This document shows positions 1 to 12,398 of a stretch of 64,000 bases of DNA, piece after piece; within the stretch, counting starts at the first letter, position 1; every line of letters starts with the position of its first letter. Below the pieces are notes generated by a model that saw nothing but the letters and a program-made list of their open reading frames with translations, was not told where the DNA came from and did not search any database. The stretch spans positions 4,898,001-4,962,000 of the forward strand of contig CM075989.1 in assembly GCA_038087875.1 (NCBI GenBank), written 5' to 3'. The stretch is from Malacoraja senta. Lineage: Eukaryota. Position numbers and translations under genes: made by a program.

Positions 1-349
1 TCAGTGATCTATTGTAAAAGTTAGCGAGGTTTAAAAATCTTTAAAACCGCACGTGCGCAGATCGATTTCCTCTCCTGCCAGTCAGTGCCATGTGGATTAG
101 TCTCTTCTCCTGTCACTCCGCGGGACGGTCCGCCCCTTCCTGCGCCATCGCGTCTTTACTGGAGCTGAGGGAGGCCCTGGATGGCCGGTGGACGTCTCCA
201 ACCGGAGATGTTCGGAGGGACCGGATGTGGCCCGGCCCAACCCAGCGCGGAGTTGGAGATGTCGCCAATGTCGCCAAACGGAAAGTGGAGACTCTGATCC
301 CGGCGGAGGAGAATGACCAGCAGCCCACTGTGAGTCCCCATCGCAACGC

Positions 350-745
350 CAGCTCCAGCCCCTTCCCCTCTGGTCCCCCTCGCTGGCTCCTGCCCCCCTC
401 CCCCGTGATACCTCCTCTCCCCCATGGCTCTCCCCCCGTCTTTTCTCTGAGCTCTCGCCCCCCCTCCCCTCCCGCCCACACAGCTCTCTCCCCCCACAAC
501 CACCCCACACCCACACACCCCCCTCCCCCCACAACCCCCCTGCCCACACACCCCACTCCCCCCACAACACCCCCCCTGCCCACACACCCATCCCCTCCAC
601 AACCCCCCCCACCCCACCCCCCCTCCCCCCACAACCCCCCTGCCCACACACCCACAACCCCCCCGCCCCCAAACCCCTCCCCCACGCCCCTCCCCGCCAT
701 ACACATACCCCTCTCCCTGCCCACACCCCTCCCCGCCGCCCACAC
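350..745. repeat. C-rich low-complexity tract (G-rich on minus strand; G-quadruplex potential)
   Basis: Degenerate CCCC(A/T)/CCCACA units; source of the Pro/Gly-rich ORFs in several frames. Confidence 0.85.
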
Positions 746-920
746 ATGAGGGGAGAATGAAACAAAGGAAGTGATGATGTAAGATCAGCGTAAATGGGTG
801 GTCAATGATCGGTGTGAATTTGGTGAGCTGAAGGGCCGAATGGCTTACTCCTGCACCTATTGTCTATTGTCTATCAAGTCTGTCTCCTGTCTCCATCTCT
901 CTATCATTCCATGCACTTAC

Positions 921-975
921 CGCAGGTTTGGTGGACACAGTGGAAGGTTTGCAGCCGTATCTATTGTCATGTAAG
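921..975 (-). other. Candidate 55-nt internal exon on minus strand
   Basis: Minus strand reads TTTATTGTAG|CTTAC...CCTGCG|GTAAGT in non-repeat DNA; two open frames (e.g. LHDNRYGCKPSTVSTKPA); no homology recognised. Confidence 0.25.
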
Positions 976-1244
976 CTACAATAAACCTACATGAAGCTTC
1001 TGTGTCCTTAGCTCCAACGGTGGAGCAGCTGGCAGAGTTGCTGCCTCACAGCCCCATTGACCCAGGTTCGATCCTGACCTGTCTGCGTGGAGTTTGCATG
1101 TTCTCTCTGTGACCGTGTGGGTTTCCTCCGAGTGCCCTAGTTTCCTCCCACGTCCCCAGGACGTACGGGTTTGTCCTGAAAGTGTAGGGAGTAGATGAGA
1201 AAATGGGATGACATAGATCTAGTGTGAATGAGTGTGTTGGTCTT

Positions 1245-1555
1245 AGTTTTACTTTAGACTTTAGAGATACAGTGCGGAAACTGGGCCTTCGACTCACCGA
1301 ATTTGCATCTACCAACGACCCCTGTACACAAACACTATCCTACACACGAGAAACAATTTACAATTTTAGTGAGGTCAATTAACCCTCAAATTTGTACGTC
1401 TTTGCGTGAGGAAGGAAACCGAAGCACCCGGAGAAAACCCACGCGGGCACAGAGAGAACGTATAAACTTTGTACAGACAGCACCCGTAGTCAGGATCGAA
1501 CCAGGTCTCTGGCATTGTAAGGCAGAAACTCTACCGCTGCTCCACTGTGCCGCCC
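1245..1555 (-). mobile_element. tRNA-derived SINE (HE1/V-SINE-like), tail-to-tail with a plus-strand copy at ~1017-1235
   Basis: GGTTCGATCC B-box, core GTTTxTACGTTCTC, CR1-like 3' tail. Confidence 0.8.
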
Positions 1556-2216
1556 TTTTCTAATGAATCCTTCCCCTTCCACAGTAGTTTGAATGTAGTG
1601 CGATGGCCAGCGTGGACTCGGTGGCTGGAGGGCGTGTTTCCATGATGTATGGCTAAACTAAAGCTAAATAGATTGTGTCCTCCACCTTAGGAGACTTTAC
1701 AATTGGTGACAAATCTCATAAAACATTTTTAAAACATCAGAAAATAAAGGTGATCGCCACGCCCTTATAGTCCGTGCTTCTGTTTTGTGGTCGGTGTGGG
1801 CAAGTTGGGCCGAAGGGCCTGTTTCCACACTGTACTGGCTCTGTGACTCTGAGTCGGTGGAAAAGTTGTTCAAGCTGTAGGAACAAGTTCAGCCAGTTGG
1901 ATGAAAATGTAGGAGGAGAGGAACTGGTGGGATGTTTGTTGCAGGACGAATCGGAGGGCTTTCAGTCCTTCATGATGGGGAATGGAGGTGTACGAGGTAC
2001 TGGGTGGGGGGGAGGAGGAGGGACAGGAGTCGGAGGTTGACGGGGCATGTGAGGTGTCCTGGATGTAGGTGAGAAGGGAGTAGACAAGGGATGATAGATA
2101 AGAGCCAATGCCTCAGGAGATAATCTTAGAAGGTCAACACCAGAAAAAAGATTGCGCCTGGCAGGACAGTCCTGTTTATGGATTTTGGGTGAGCAAAGTG
2201 GAAATTCAGAGCTGAA

Positions 2217-2325
2217 GAGTCTGAAGAAAGGTCTCGACCCGAAACGTCACCCATTCCTTCTCTCCAGAGATGCTGCCTGTCCCGCTGAGTTACTCCAGCA
2301 TTTTGTGTCTATCTGCAGTTCTTTC
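2217..2325 (+). mobile_element. PLE-derived mini-element with hammerhead-like core
   Basis: GTCTGAAGAAAGGTCTCGACCCGAAACGTCACC...GATGCTGCC...CTCCAGCATTTTGTGTCTATC; dozens of related copies in the window. Confidence 0.75.
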
Positions 2326-2632
2326 CTATCGTAAAGAGACTTTGTTCCTTCTGCTCCGATGGACACAAAAAGCTAGAGTAACTCAACGGGTCAGACAGCA
2401 TCTGGTGACATTTCGGGTTGGGACACTTCTTCAGACTACATGCCAGATACCTGGTTTTCTGATAGCAGAATATTTACAGCACTTCTAACCGCCACCGAGT
2501 TGCCAAGAAGAGATTTAACTCAATGGTTGCATGATTTCAAGCAAAGAAGGTCTGTAGTTACGTAGATAGATTGGACAATGAGGAGGTGATCCCCTTGAAA
2601 TGGAGGAGAATGCAAAGCGATTTGTCAGAGGT

Positions 2633-2905
2633 GGTTAACATCAAAGATACTAGAGGAGCAAGATAGACCACTCCTACAAAATCCAATGGACTGACGTGTG
2701 GTACGCAACGGAATGCCACTTCCGCCATTTTAGGAATAAGACCCCGACCTCCATTATGCCTCTTACAGTTTAATCCAAAGATACTAGAGGGGTTTAATCC
2801 ACGTCAGTCCATTGGATTTTGCAGGCGTTTATCTTGGTCTATCTTAGCCTTCTATGATAGACCATTATGATCTTTGTTTATAATAAATAAGTTTGGTTAA
2901 CATCA
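2633..2905. mobile_element. Fold-back/MITE-like element
   Basis: AAAATCCAATGGACTGACGTG (~2678-2698) is inverted at ~2800-2820; flanked by direct repeat TGGTTAACATCA. Confidence 0.55.
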
Positions 2906-4164
2906 TGATGTGTGGGCAGAGTAGGCAGAAATAATAATAATAATAATAATATTAATAATATCTCTTATTGTCATTGCACATATGTGCAACGAGATTTGGT
3001 ATGCAGCTTCCATCCGATAGTGATAACTTAAACAACTAATAACATTTAGATTTAGATACCCCAGGAAACATGATTTATAAAAAGAACAGTAAAACCGTCA
3101 AACAGTCTAAAGTGCAAATGTGTCTGTGCTGGGTCGATGTGTGACATGACCATTCGAGGGAGACAGTTCATGGGTGGGGGGCACTCAGCAGGGCCAGTTC
3201 AGAGCAGCTATAGCTCTGGGGATGAAGCTGTTCCTGAATCTGGAGGTGCGGGTGTAGAAGGCCTTGTAACGTCTGCCGGAAGGTAGGAGTTCGAACAGTC
3301 CATTACAAGTGTGTGAGGATTGTGAGAAATTGTGAGAAATAAACTCTTCTCACTGGAGAAGTAAAGGATCAGGAGATGTAGAATGAAGGGAATTGGCAAA
3401 AGGATCGGAAGTGACAAGTGATTACTTTTTCACACAGAGAGTTGTGAGGATCTGGAGTATGACTGGAGCTGATGGTGGCAACAAATTAAATTGTCGTCAT
3501 CGATCAACAGGGAGATGGCTAAGTATCTGAAAGAATGAATTTGCAGGGTTGTGGAGAGAGGGCAGGGGAGTGGGATTAGCTGAGTCGTCGCTCCAAGAGG
3601 CTGGAATAGACTGCGTGGCCTCCTTCCATGCTGTGACCATTCCGTGATTGTGAGCGAATGTTCCTCCTCAACAAAATGACTGGTCAATCTGAACCGTGGG
3701 AACCATTGACTTGCAGCCTCTGTGTCAAGCGATCTAGGATACTGCATTCTGACCTTTGCCCTCCAATTAAGATCAGTTGACTCACATCGGCAGTTACAAC
3801 CTGCACTCTGACCCCTGGGGTTACAGGTCAATAGCATCCTGTATTGCAGACTTCTCACAAATGTCCTTAGAGACCAGTTAATTAACCTCATCTCCATCCT
3901 ACGCAGTTCATTCAATCCGATTTAATTAAGTGATCTATTCATCATGTCATGATGAAATCCTGCCTCATATGATTCATGTCAAATGTGTTATTTTTCACAG
4001 TTGTGTAATATTTATGACCGACATGTTTAAACTTAACAAGAGTCTATTGTTTAAAGACCAATCCCCATCGGTTTACAGGCCAGGAAACAGGGGTGATATG
4101 TTGACACAATAAAACAATCTGTCCCTTTAATTAAATACTACTACTAATAAAACATAGACATTTT

Positions 4165-4478
4165 AGTTTAGTTTGTTAGTTTTGAGATACAGTGCTTAAA
4201 CAGGCCCTTCGGCCCACCGAGTCTGTGCCGAGCAGCGATCCCTGCACACTAACACTATCCTGCACACACTAGGGACAATCTGCAATCATACCAAGCCAAT
4301 TAGCCTACAAGCCTGTACGTCTTTGGAGTGTGGGAGCAAACCGGAGGTCCCGGAGAAAGCCCACGCAGGTCACAGGGAGAACGTACAAACTCCGCACAGA
4401 CAGCATCCATAGTCAGGATCGAACCCAGGTCTCTGGCGCTGTAAGGCAGCAAATCCACCGCTGCACCACCGTACCGCC
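4165..4478 (-). mobile_element. tRNA-derived SINE (HE1/V-SINE-like)
   Basis: A/B-box head, V-core, (TAAAC)n-like tail. Confidence 0.85.
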
Positions 4479-5119
4479 CAAATTTGTGGAACAATTTTAG
4501 TCGTGTAATGCTAAGAATGCCTGAGAGGCTATTTTCAGTTGATAAATCTTTTATTTTGACATTTTTATTTAAGAAGCATTTGGACAAACATTTGAATTGC
4601 AGAATAGGCTACGGACCAAGTGCTGTAAACGGGACCAGTCTGAATAGGTGCTCGATGGCCAGCAGGGATGTGGTGGGCAGAAGGGCCAGTTTCTATCACA
4701 CTATATTGTGCACATGAGATAGAAGAACATGACATTGACCTGAATCATACGACACAGCCTATATCACAACTATGCCCACTTTCCCCAGACATTCCTGTCC
4801 TGCATTCATTGTTCGCATCCTTGGATCCCTCTGTTATCATCACCTCTTCCCCGGACCCTACCTTGTCGAGCCTACCTTGCCGGTCATCTGTTGCCGGCCC
4901 CCATTTGTTCTGGCCTTTTCCTATTCCAGTTCCCTCCCCTTTACTTAGCAGGGTTCTGACCTGAAACGTCACCCATCCTTTTTCTCCAGAGATGCTGCCT
5001 GACCCGCAGAGTTACTCCAGCACTTTGTGTCCGTCATCTGCCTTCACATACATATTGTGACCATCAGACTCCCCATGGCTCAAAGTCTCACCTCTGTGAC
5101 CATCCTGCAAGGAAAGTGA

Positions 5120-5205
5120 CTTAGTTAGTTAGTTAGTTAGTTAGTTAATTAGTTAGTTAGTTAGTTGGTTGGTTGGTTAGCTAGTTAGTTAGTTAGTTAG
5201 TTAGT
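5120..5205. repeat. (TTAG)n microsatellite, the tail of a minus-strand Rex1/L2-type LINE
   Basis: About 20 TTAG/TTGG units followed by TTTATTGTCAC (AATAAA on minus strand). Confidence 0.85.
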
Positions 5206-5374
5206 TTAATTTATTGTCACATGTACCAAGGTACAGTAAAAAGCTTTTGTCACGTGCTAACCAGTCGGCGGAAAGACAATACATGATTACAATTGAGTCA
5301 TCCACAGTGTACAGATACATGATAAAGGAATAACGTTTAGTGCAAGGTAAAGCCAGCAAAGTCCCATCAGAGAT

Positions 5375-6485
5375 ATGGGTGGATGGTTTTGCAGATAGAG
5401 AAGATGGTTGTGAAAAATCAAAGCAAGATCTTGATCAATTGGCCAGATGGGCTGAGGAATGGTTGATGGGATTTAACATAGAGAAATGTGCGGGGTTGCA
5501 TTTTGGGAAGTCTAACATGGGCAGGACCTACACAGTGAATGGTAGGGCTCTGGGGAGTGCTGTAGAACAGAGGGATCTAGGAGTGCAGATGCATGGTTCC
5601 TTGAAGGTGGAGTTGCAGGTAGATAGGGTGGTCAAAAAGGCTTTTGGCACAATAGATAGATAGATAGATAGACATTTATTGCCACATACACCAATTGGTG
5701 CAGTGAAATTTGACTTGCCATGCAGCACACAAATAAAGATTACATCAAAGAATTTAACAACATAAAAACATCCCCCACAATGGTTCCCACTGTGGGGGAA
5801 GGCAGCAAAGTCCAGTCCCATCCCCAGTTCACCCATAGTCGGGGCCTATTGAGGCCTCTGCAGCCTTCATCAGTGAGTGTATTGAGTATAGAAGTTGGGA
5901 GGTCATGTTGCAGTTGTGTAAGATGTTGGTGAGACCGCATTGTGCATTGTGTTCAGTTATGGGCACCATGTTATAGGAAAGATGTTGTCAAGCTGGAAAG
6001 GGTTCAGAGAAGATTTACAAGGCTGTTGCCAGGGCTAGAGGGTGTGAGCTATAGGGAGAGGTTGAGCAGGCTGGGACTCTATTCCTTGGAGAGCAGGAGG
6101 ATGAGGGGTGATCTTATTGAGGTGTATAAAATCGTGTGAGGAATAGATCGGGTAGATGCACGGAGTCTCTTGCCCAGAGTAGATGAATCGAGGACGAGAG
6201 GACATATGTTTAAGGTGAAGGGGAAAAGATGTATTAGGGACCTGAGGGGTAATCCTTTCACACAAAGGGTGGTGGGTGTATGGAACAAGCTGCCAAAGGA
6301 GGTAGTTGAGGCTGGGACTATCCCAACATTTAAGAAACAGTTAGACAGGTACATGGATAGGACAGGTTTGGAGGGGTATGGACCAAACGCATGCAGGTGG
6401 GACTAGTGTAGCTGGGACATGTTGGCCGGTGTGGGCACATTAGGCCGAAGGGCCTGGTTCAACACTGTATCACACTATGACTCGC
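5375..6485 (+). mobile_element. CR1 LINE 3' portion, interrupted at ~5652-5862 by a (GATA)n-tailed minus-strand insert
   Basis: Translations QDLDQLARWAEEWLMGFNIEKC, LERVQRRFTRLLPGL, LYSLESRRMRGDLIEVYKI, FTQRVVGVWNKLP. Confidence 0.9.
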
Positions 6486-7034
6486 TATGACTCTCAAGAG
6501 AGTCCGAGGGTCTCCAGTGAGGTAGATGGTAGCACTGGACTGGGAAGAAACTGTCCCTGAATCTGGTGGTGTGTGTTTTCACATTTCAATACCTTTTGCC
6601 CGATGGGAGAGTGGAGAAGAGGGAGTGGCCATGGTGCGACTCGTCCTTGATTATGCTGGTGGGCTTACTGAGGCAGCGTGAGGTATAAATGGAGTCAATG
6701 GAAGGGAGGTTGGTTTGTGTGATGGCCTGGTCTGACCATTGTCCTCAGCTCAGGATGAGTCAAGATCTGCTTGGACGCAGGGCTGTGTCCAGCAGAGTCT
6801 GAAGAAAGGTCTCGACTCGAAACGTCACCCGTTCCTTCTCTCCAGAGATGCTGCCTGTCCCGCTGAGTTATTCCACCATTTTGTGCCTATCTTCCAGCAG
6901 AGTCAACGTACCACGGGACTGATTCTTGGAGAAGGGGTTGGTCCTGGATCAGCCTGCATTGAGGGGCTTTCTACACTTCCTTCCTGATCCCTCAGCTTTT
7001 CAATCAGGTGGCTGATCTTCACTCAAAATATGTG

Positions 7035-7450
7035 GCTCTGACCTCCCTACCATCGAGGGGATCTATCGCAGTCGCTGCCTCAAAAAGGCTGGCAGCATCA
7101 TCAAGGACCCACACCATCCTGGCCACACACTCATCTCTCCGCTGCCTTCAGGTAGAAGGCACAGGAGCCTGAAATCTGCAACATCCAGGTTCAGGAATAG
7201 CTACTTCCCCACAGCCATCAGACTTAAACTCAACAAACAAAAATCGGAACTTTAATAGCCTATTGCACTTTATCTGCTTATTTATGTGTGTATATATATA
7301 TATAGTCAATGGTATATGGACACACTGATCTGTTCTGTATTTATTTATGCCTACTATGTTCTGTTGTGCTGAAGCAAAGCAAGAATTTCATTGTCCTATC
7401 AGGGACACATGACAATAAACTCTCTTGAATCTTGAATCTTGAATCTTGAA
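7035..7450 (+). mobile_element. Rex1/Babar-type LINE 3' end with (TCTTGAA)n tail
   Basis: Encodes IIKDPHHPGHTL..LPSGRR.RSL...RFRNSYFPTAIR; AATAAA followed by tandem tail. Confidence 0.8.
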
Positions 7451-8276
7451 GGGGATTTTCTTTCTGTGCAAATTTATGAATAGGTATAATTTTATGAACC
7501 TGAACATTTATGAATTTATGGTGATAGACACAAAATGCTGGAGTAACTAAGTGGGTCAGGCAGCAACTCTGGAGAAAAGGAATAGGTGACGTTTTGGATC
7601 GAGACCCTTCTTCAGTCAGGGAGTCGGAGTAGAGAGGGAAACTGGAGGTATGAAAAGGTACAAAGAAGAAAAAAATTAAAGAACAACATTTTATAAGGAT
7701 ATTGCCAGAACTTGAGAGGCTGAAAATTGGGAGAGGTTGAGCAGGCCGGGACTCTATTCCTTGGAGCGCAGGAGGATGAGGGGTGATCTTATAGAGGGGT
7801 ATAAAATCATGAGAGCAATAGATCGGGTAGACGTACAGAATCTCTCGGAAAGAGTAGGGGAATCTAGGACCACAGGACATAGGTTTCACTGACTTTTTCA
7901 CACTAAGGGCAGGGGTGTATGGAACGACCTGCTGGAAGAGATAGTTGAGGCCCGTTAATAATGCATTGTTTAAGAAACATTTAGACAGGTGCATGGATAA
8001 GACAGTTTTAGAGGGATGTGGGCAAACACAGACAGGTGGGACTAATGTAGACGGGACATGTTAGGCGGTGTGGGCAAGTTGGGCCTATTTTCTCCCAGTA
8101 TGACTCTATGACTCTTCCTCCTCCCATTAGCGGTTCAATTGTCCACCACCATTCAGGACCGCATGCAAGGAAGGCTAGGATGTTATTCCTTGGAGCGTAG
8201 GTGGCTGAGGGGTGATCAGATGAATACATACTCTTTTACTAGGGTAGAGTAATCAAGAACCAGAGGACATAGATGT

Positions 8277-8480
8277 AAGGTAGACAAAAATGCTGGAGAA
8301 ACATTTCGGGCCAAAACCCTTCTATCCACTTCTATCCTTCTATCCACTGCGATATCTCCTAGAAGGGTTTTGGCCCGAAACTGTGCCTATTTCTTTCGCT
8401 CCATAGATGCTGCCGCACCCACTAAGTTTCTCCAGCACTTTTGTCTACCTTCGATTATCCAGCATCTGCCGTTCCTTCTA
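8277..8480. mobile_element. Fold-back PLE mini-element inside a CR1 remnant
   Basis: AGGTAGACAAAAATGCTGGAGAAAC is inverted as GTTTCTCCAGCACTTTTGTCTACCT; only the right arm has the ~30-nt tail. Confidence 0.7.
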
Positions 8481-8527
8481 GGGCATAGATTTAAGGTGAG
8501 AGGGGCAAGATTTAATATGAACCTATG

Positions 8528-8831
8528 TGGCACGGTGGAACAGCGATAGTGCTACTGCTTTACAGCGTCAGAGACCCAGGTTCGATCCTGACTACGAGTA
8601 CTGTCTGTACGGAGTTTGTACGTTCTCCCCATAACCAGCATGGATTTCCTCCTAGATCTTCGGTTTCCTCCCACACTTCAAAGATGTACAGGTTTGTAGG
8701 TTAATTGGCTTGGTATAAGTGTAAAATTGTCCCTGGTGTGTGTAGGATAGTGTTAGTGCGCGGTGATTGCTAGTCGGTGCAGACTCGGTGGGCCGAAGGG
8801 CCTGTTTCCGTGCTGTATCTCTAAACTAAAC
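8528..8831 (+). mobile_element. tRNA-derived SINE (HE1/V-SINE-like)
   Basis: GGCACGGTGG head, GGTTCGATCC B-box, GGCCGAAGGGCCTGTTTCC tail. Confidence 0.85.
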
Positions 8832-9793
8832 CAAGCTGAGGAGCAACATTTTTACTCAGAGGGTGGTGGGTATATGGAAAGAGGAAGTAATTGGGGAAGT
8901 TACTATAACAGCATCTAAAAGCATTGGGCAGGTACATGGGTAGGAAAGGATTAGAGGGATTTGGACCAAATGCGGGCAAATGGGACTAAGTTAGATGGGG
9001 CATCTTTGTCCGCATGGACAAGTTGGGCTGAAGAGCCTGTTTCCGTGCTGTATGACTGTGACTCTAGAGGTGGGGATAATATTGTTGGGATCGACTACCC
9101 ATGTTAGCACCTCTTCCCATGCCTATACTGACCTTCCTGTGCTGGGTCTCCTCCATTGCCAGAGTGGCCAAAGATAGTGGCCAAAGTATGACCAGAGAGA
9201 GACACAAATGCCGGAGTAACTCAGCGGGACAGGCAGCATCTCTGGAGAGAAGGAATGGGTGACGTTTCAGGTCGAGACCCTTCTTCAGACCAGGCCCAGT
9301 TATCACAGTGCAGGCTTGTAGGACCTTATTCTTGCTTCCATTTCGTTTTGTTCTTATGTAATATATTTGCAAATTGTGGTCCTGAGTTTGCAACAGTAAT
9401 GGTGACACAAGTGGGAAACAGGTGACCCTGTGCAAAGACTGTTACTCAGCACCTGCCAAATTCAGTCCGTGAATGAAAGGCCATTGTTCGTGAATTAAGC
9501 TGGGAGATGGAATTCAAAGTACAGTAAATATTCTTAGTAGCACAGGGGGCAAGCGTCACAGAATGTAGTCTTTATGTGGAAAGGGATAATCTCTGTTGGG
9601 ATTACACTTGGGGAGCGCTTGATCCAAAATCTTCACAGGAAAACTCTTTATCCCGTTAAACCTTGTGGTGTCATTCAGCCAAGTTGCCCAGTTGGTGATC
9701 TTTCCCCTACTTTTCCTCCTGACCTTCGGAAGGCCTGCCTTTCCAGTGTGATGCATGCCGTGGTCCCTCTCTAGAGCAACTCACCTAAATGTT

Positions 9794-9992
9794 GAAGAAG
9801 GAACTGCAGATGCTGGAAAAATCGAAGGTGGATAAAAATGCTGGAGAAACTCAGCGGGTGAGGCAGCATCTATGGAGCGAAGGAATAGGTGACGTTTCGA
9901 AGGAATAGGTGAAGGAATAGAAACGTCACCTATTCCTTCACTCCATAGATGCTGCCTCACCCACTAAGTTTCTTCAGCATTTTTATCTACCT
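9794..9992. mobile_element. Fold-back PLE mini-element with imperfect 13-bp TSD
   Basis: Inverted arms of ~70 bp; TCACCTAAATGTT (9781-9793) versus TCACCAAAACGTT (9993-10005). Confidence 0.75.
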
Positions 9993-10254
9993 TCACCAAA
10001 ACGTTCAGTCAGTGTAGTTCAGTTCAGTTTATTGTCACGTGTACCGAGGTACAGTGAAAAGCTTTTGTTGCGTGCTATCCAGTCAGCAGAAAGACAACAC
10101 ATCACAAACCAGCTCCATAAATTTACAACAGGAAACCTCTTGTGAATAAGTACATTTATAAATGTTATACTTAGCTGGTCAGAGGATTCATGTACAGGAG
10201 AATGAAACACCGCCCATTTTAGATACCCAAGTGAACTATAATTGCATTTACAGT

Positions 10255-10735
10255 TTAGATTCAAGAGATTCAAGAGAGTTTATTGTCATGTGTCCCAGAT
10301 AGGACAATGAGATTCTTGCTTTGTTTCAGCACAACAGAAGATAGTAGGCATGAATACAGAACAGAACAGTGTGTCCATATACCATTATATAAATATATGG
10401 GGTGGGAGATTGCAACCTTCACGTGGTCCGCCCTGTTTCAACCAATGCAATCAACCTGGCGTGCACAATCAAATAAGTTCAATTAGAACAAGTTGTCCTA
10501 CAACTTTAGGCTGTGCACGTCATATGCAAGAAGAAGGAGATATAAATATATACACACATGAATAAATAAACAGATCAAGTGTAAACAAACAGATAATGGG
10601 CTATGAATGTTCAGAGTTTTGTATGAGTTGAGTTTAATAGCCTGATGGCTGTGGGGAAGTAGCTATTCCTGAACCTGGACGTTGCAGTCTTCAGGCTCCT
10701 GTACCTTCTACCTGAAGGTAGCGGGGAGATGAGTG
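10255..10735 (-). mobile_element. Rex1/Babar-type LINE 3' end containing a nested insert
   Basis: Reverse complement of the 7035-7450 family. Confidence 0.8.
10399..10539 (+). mobile_element. Short non-LTR retroelement 3' end with (AAG)n tail (RTE-like)
   Basis: 12-bp TSD ATATAAATATAT (10387-10398, 10540-10551); empty site visible in the paralogous Rex1 copy at ~15325. Confidence 0.7.
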
Positions 10736-11579
10736 TTTATTATCACGTGTACCGAGGTACAGTGAAAAGCTTTCGTTGCGTGCTATCCGATCAGCAGAAA
10801 GACAAGACATGATTACAATCGAGCCAATATACACTGTATAGATACATGATAAGGGAATAATGTTTAGTGCAAGGTAAAGTCAGTATCATAGTTAAAGTAA
10901 GAAATGTTGCTGGGGGAAGCAGAGATGGTGGAGCGATTGTAATATGTGATTGTTGATCTGCCTCTGAGGCTCGCACGGCAATAGTTGCCTGGGTTGGCCG
11001 CCATCTTGGAAGCTGTCCATTGAATTGGCCGTTGCTCGTAGGCAAGTCGGGACAATGAAGGCCCGTTAGCCCATTCGACTGTGGAAGGGCTCTCAACCAA
11101 GGTTGACGTGGAATTTGAGCACTTGAAGGGGCTGCCCCTCACTTTCTGGCTGCACTTCAGCCCCACTATCCTCATCCTCACCCAGCCCATGGGGGAGTGG
11201 GTAAAGCAGAGGATGTCCTGTGTAGGAAGAAAGTGAAGATAGACACAACAAGCTGGAGTAACTCAGCGGGTCAGACAGTATCTCTGGAGATAAGGAATAG
11301 GTGAGAAAAGGTGACGGAATGAGAATCCATGAGTCTGAAGAAGGGTCTCGAGCCGAAACATTAGCTCCTCCTTTTCTCCAGAGATGCTGCCTGACTCGCT
11401 GAGTTACTCCAGCTTTTATGTCCAGCAGAGGATGTCCTGGTCGGTTTGCTCCTGGGCCAGGCCTAGTTGGCCATTAGTGGGTCACGATGCCAGGTGGAAC
11501 AGGGCTTCGCCCGAGCCGACTGCCTGCCCCTCCTCCGGGGTTCCGTCCATACCCGGAATCCCTCGAAAAGGAACACACA

Positions 11580-12182
11580 GTGTCATAGAGTGATACAGTG
11601 TGGAAACAGGCCCTTCAGCCCAACTTGCCCATACCGGCCCACATGTCCCAGCTACACTAGTCCCACCTGCCCGCGCTTGATCCATATCCCTCCAAACTTG
11701 CCATATCCATGTACATGTCTAACTGTTTCTTAAACGTTGGGATAGTCCCAGCCTCAACTACCTCCTCCGTCAGCTCATTCCATACACCCACCGCCTTATG
11801 TGTGAAAATGTTACCCCTCAGATTCCTATTAAATCTTTTCTCCTTCACCTTGAACCTCTGTCCTCTGGTTCTCGATTCACCTACTCTAGGCGAGATATTT
11901 TGTGCATCTGCCCGATCTATTCCTCTCATGATTTTGTACATCTCTGTAAGAACATCCCTCATCCTCCTGCGCTCCAAGGAATAGAGACCCAGGCTACTCA
12001 ACCTCTCCCTATAGCTGAAACCCTCTAGTCCTGGCAACATGCGCGTAAATCTTCTCTGAGCCCTTTCCAGCTTGACAATATATTTTCTGTAACATGGTGC
12101 CCAGAACTGAACACAATACTCTAAATGCGGTCTCACCAACGTCTTACACAAATGCAACATGACCTCCCAACTTCTATACTCA
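11580..12182 (-). mobile_element. CR1 LINE 3' fragment (duplicate at ~30028-30630)
   Basis: ORF 11657-12268: LVRPHLEYCVQFWAP...LERRRMRDVL...WNEL. Confidence 0.9.
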
Positions 12183-12185
12183 TGT

Positions 12186-12398
12186 GTGTCCACGGGCACC
12201 TTGAAGGGTTTTCGGGAACGCTGGGAACCGCGGGGAATGGAATACATCTTCCACCGGGATTGTAGCATACTTATTTAATATTTAGTTTTTAGAATATTTG
12301 GTCATTTTTGTATGATGATGGTGGGCGTGTTGGTATGGTTTGTTTTGTAAATATTATTATTGTTAATAATTAAATAAATTAATTTTTGTAATGAAAAA
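12186..12398 (+). mobile_element. L1/Tx1-like 3' end (duplicate at ~30634-30846)
   Basis: Short C-terminal frame VSTGTLKGFRERWEPRGMEYI...stop, AT-rich 3'UTR, AATAAA, short A run. Confidence 0.5.

Noticed and set aside
90..765. Pro-rich and Gly-rich ~200-aa ORFs
   Set aside because: Open in several frames on both strands because of C-rich low complexity
5120..5205. Interstitial telomere repeat
   Set aside because: Unit is TTAG, not TTAGGG, and sits at a LINE 3' end
6079..6354. Recurrent antisense ORFs such as MYLSNCFLNVGIVPASTT
   Set aside because: Reverse-frame shadows of CR1 ORF2 repeated in each copy
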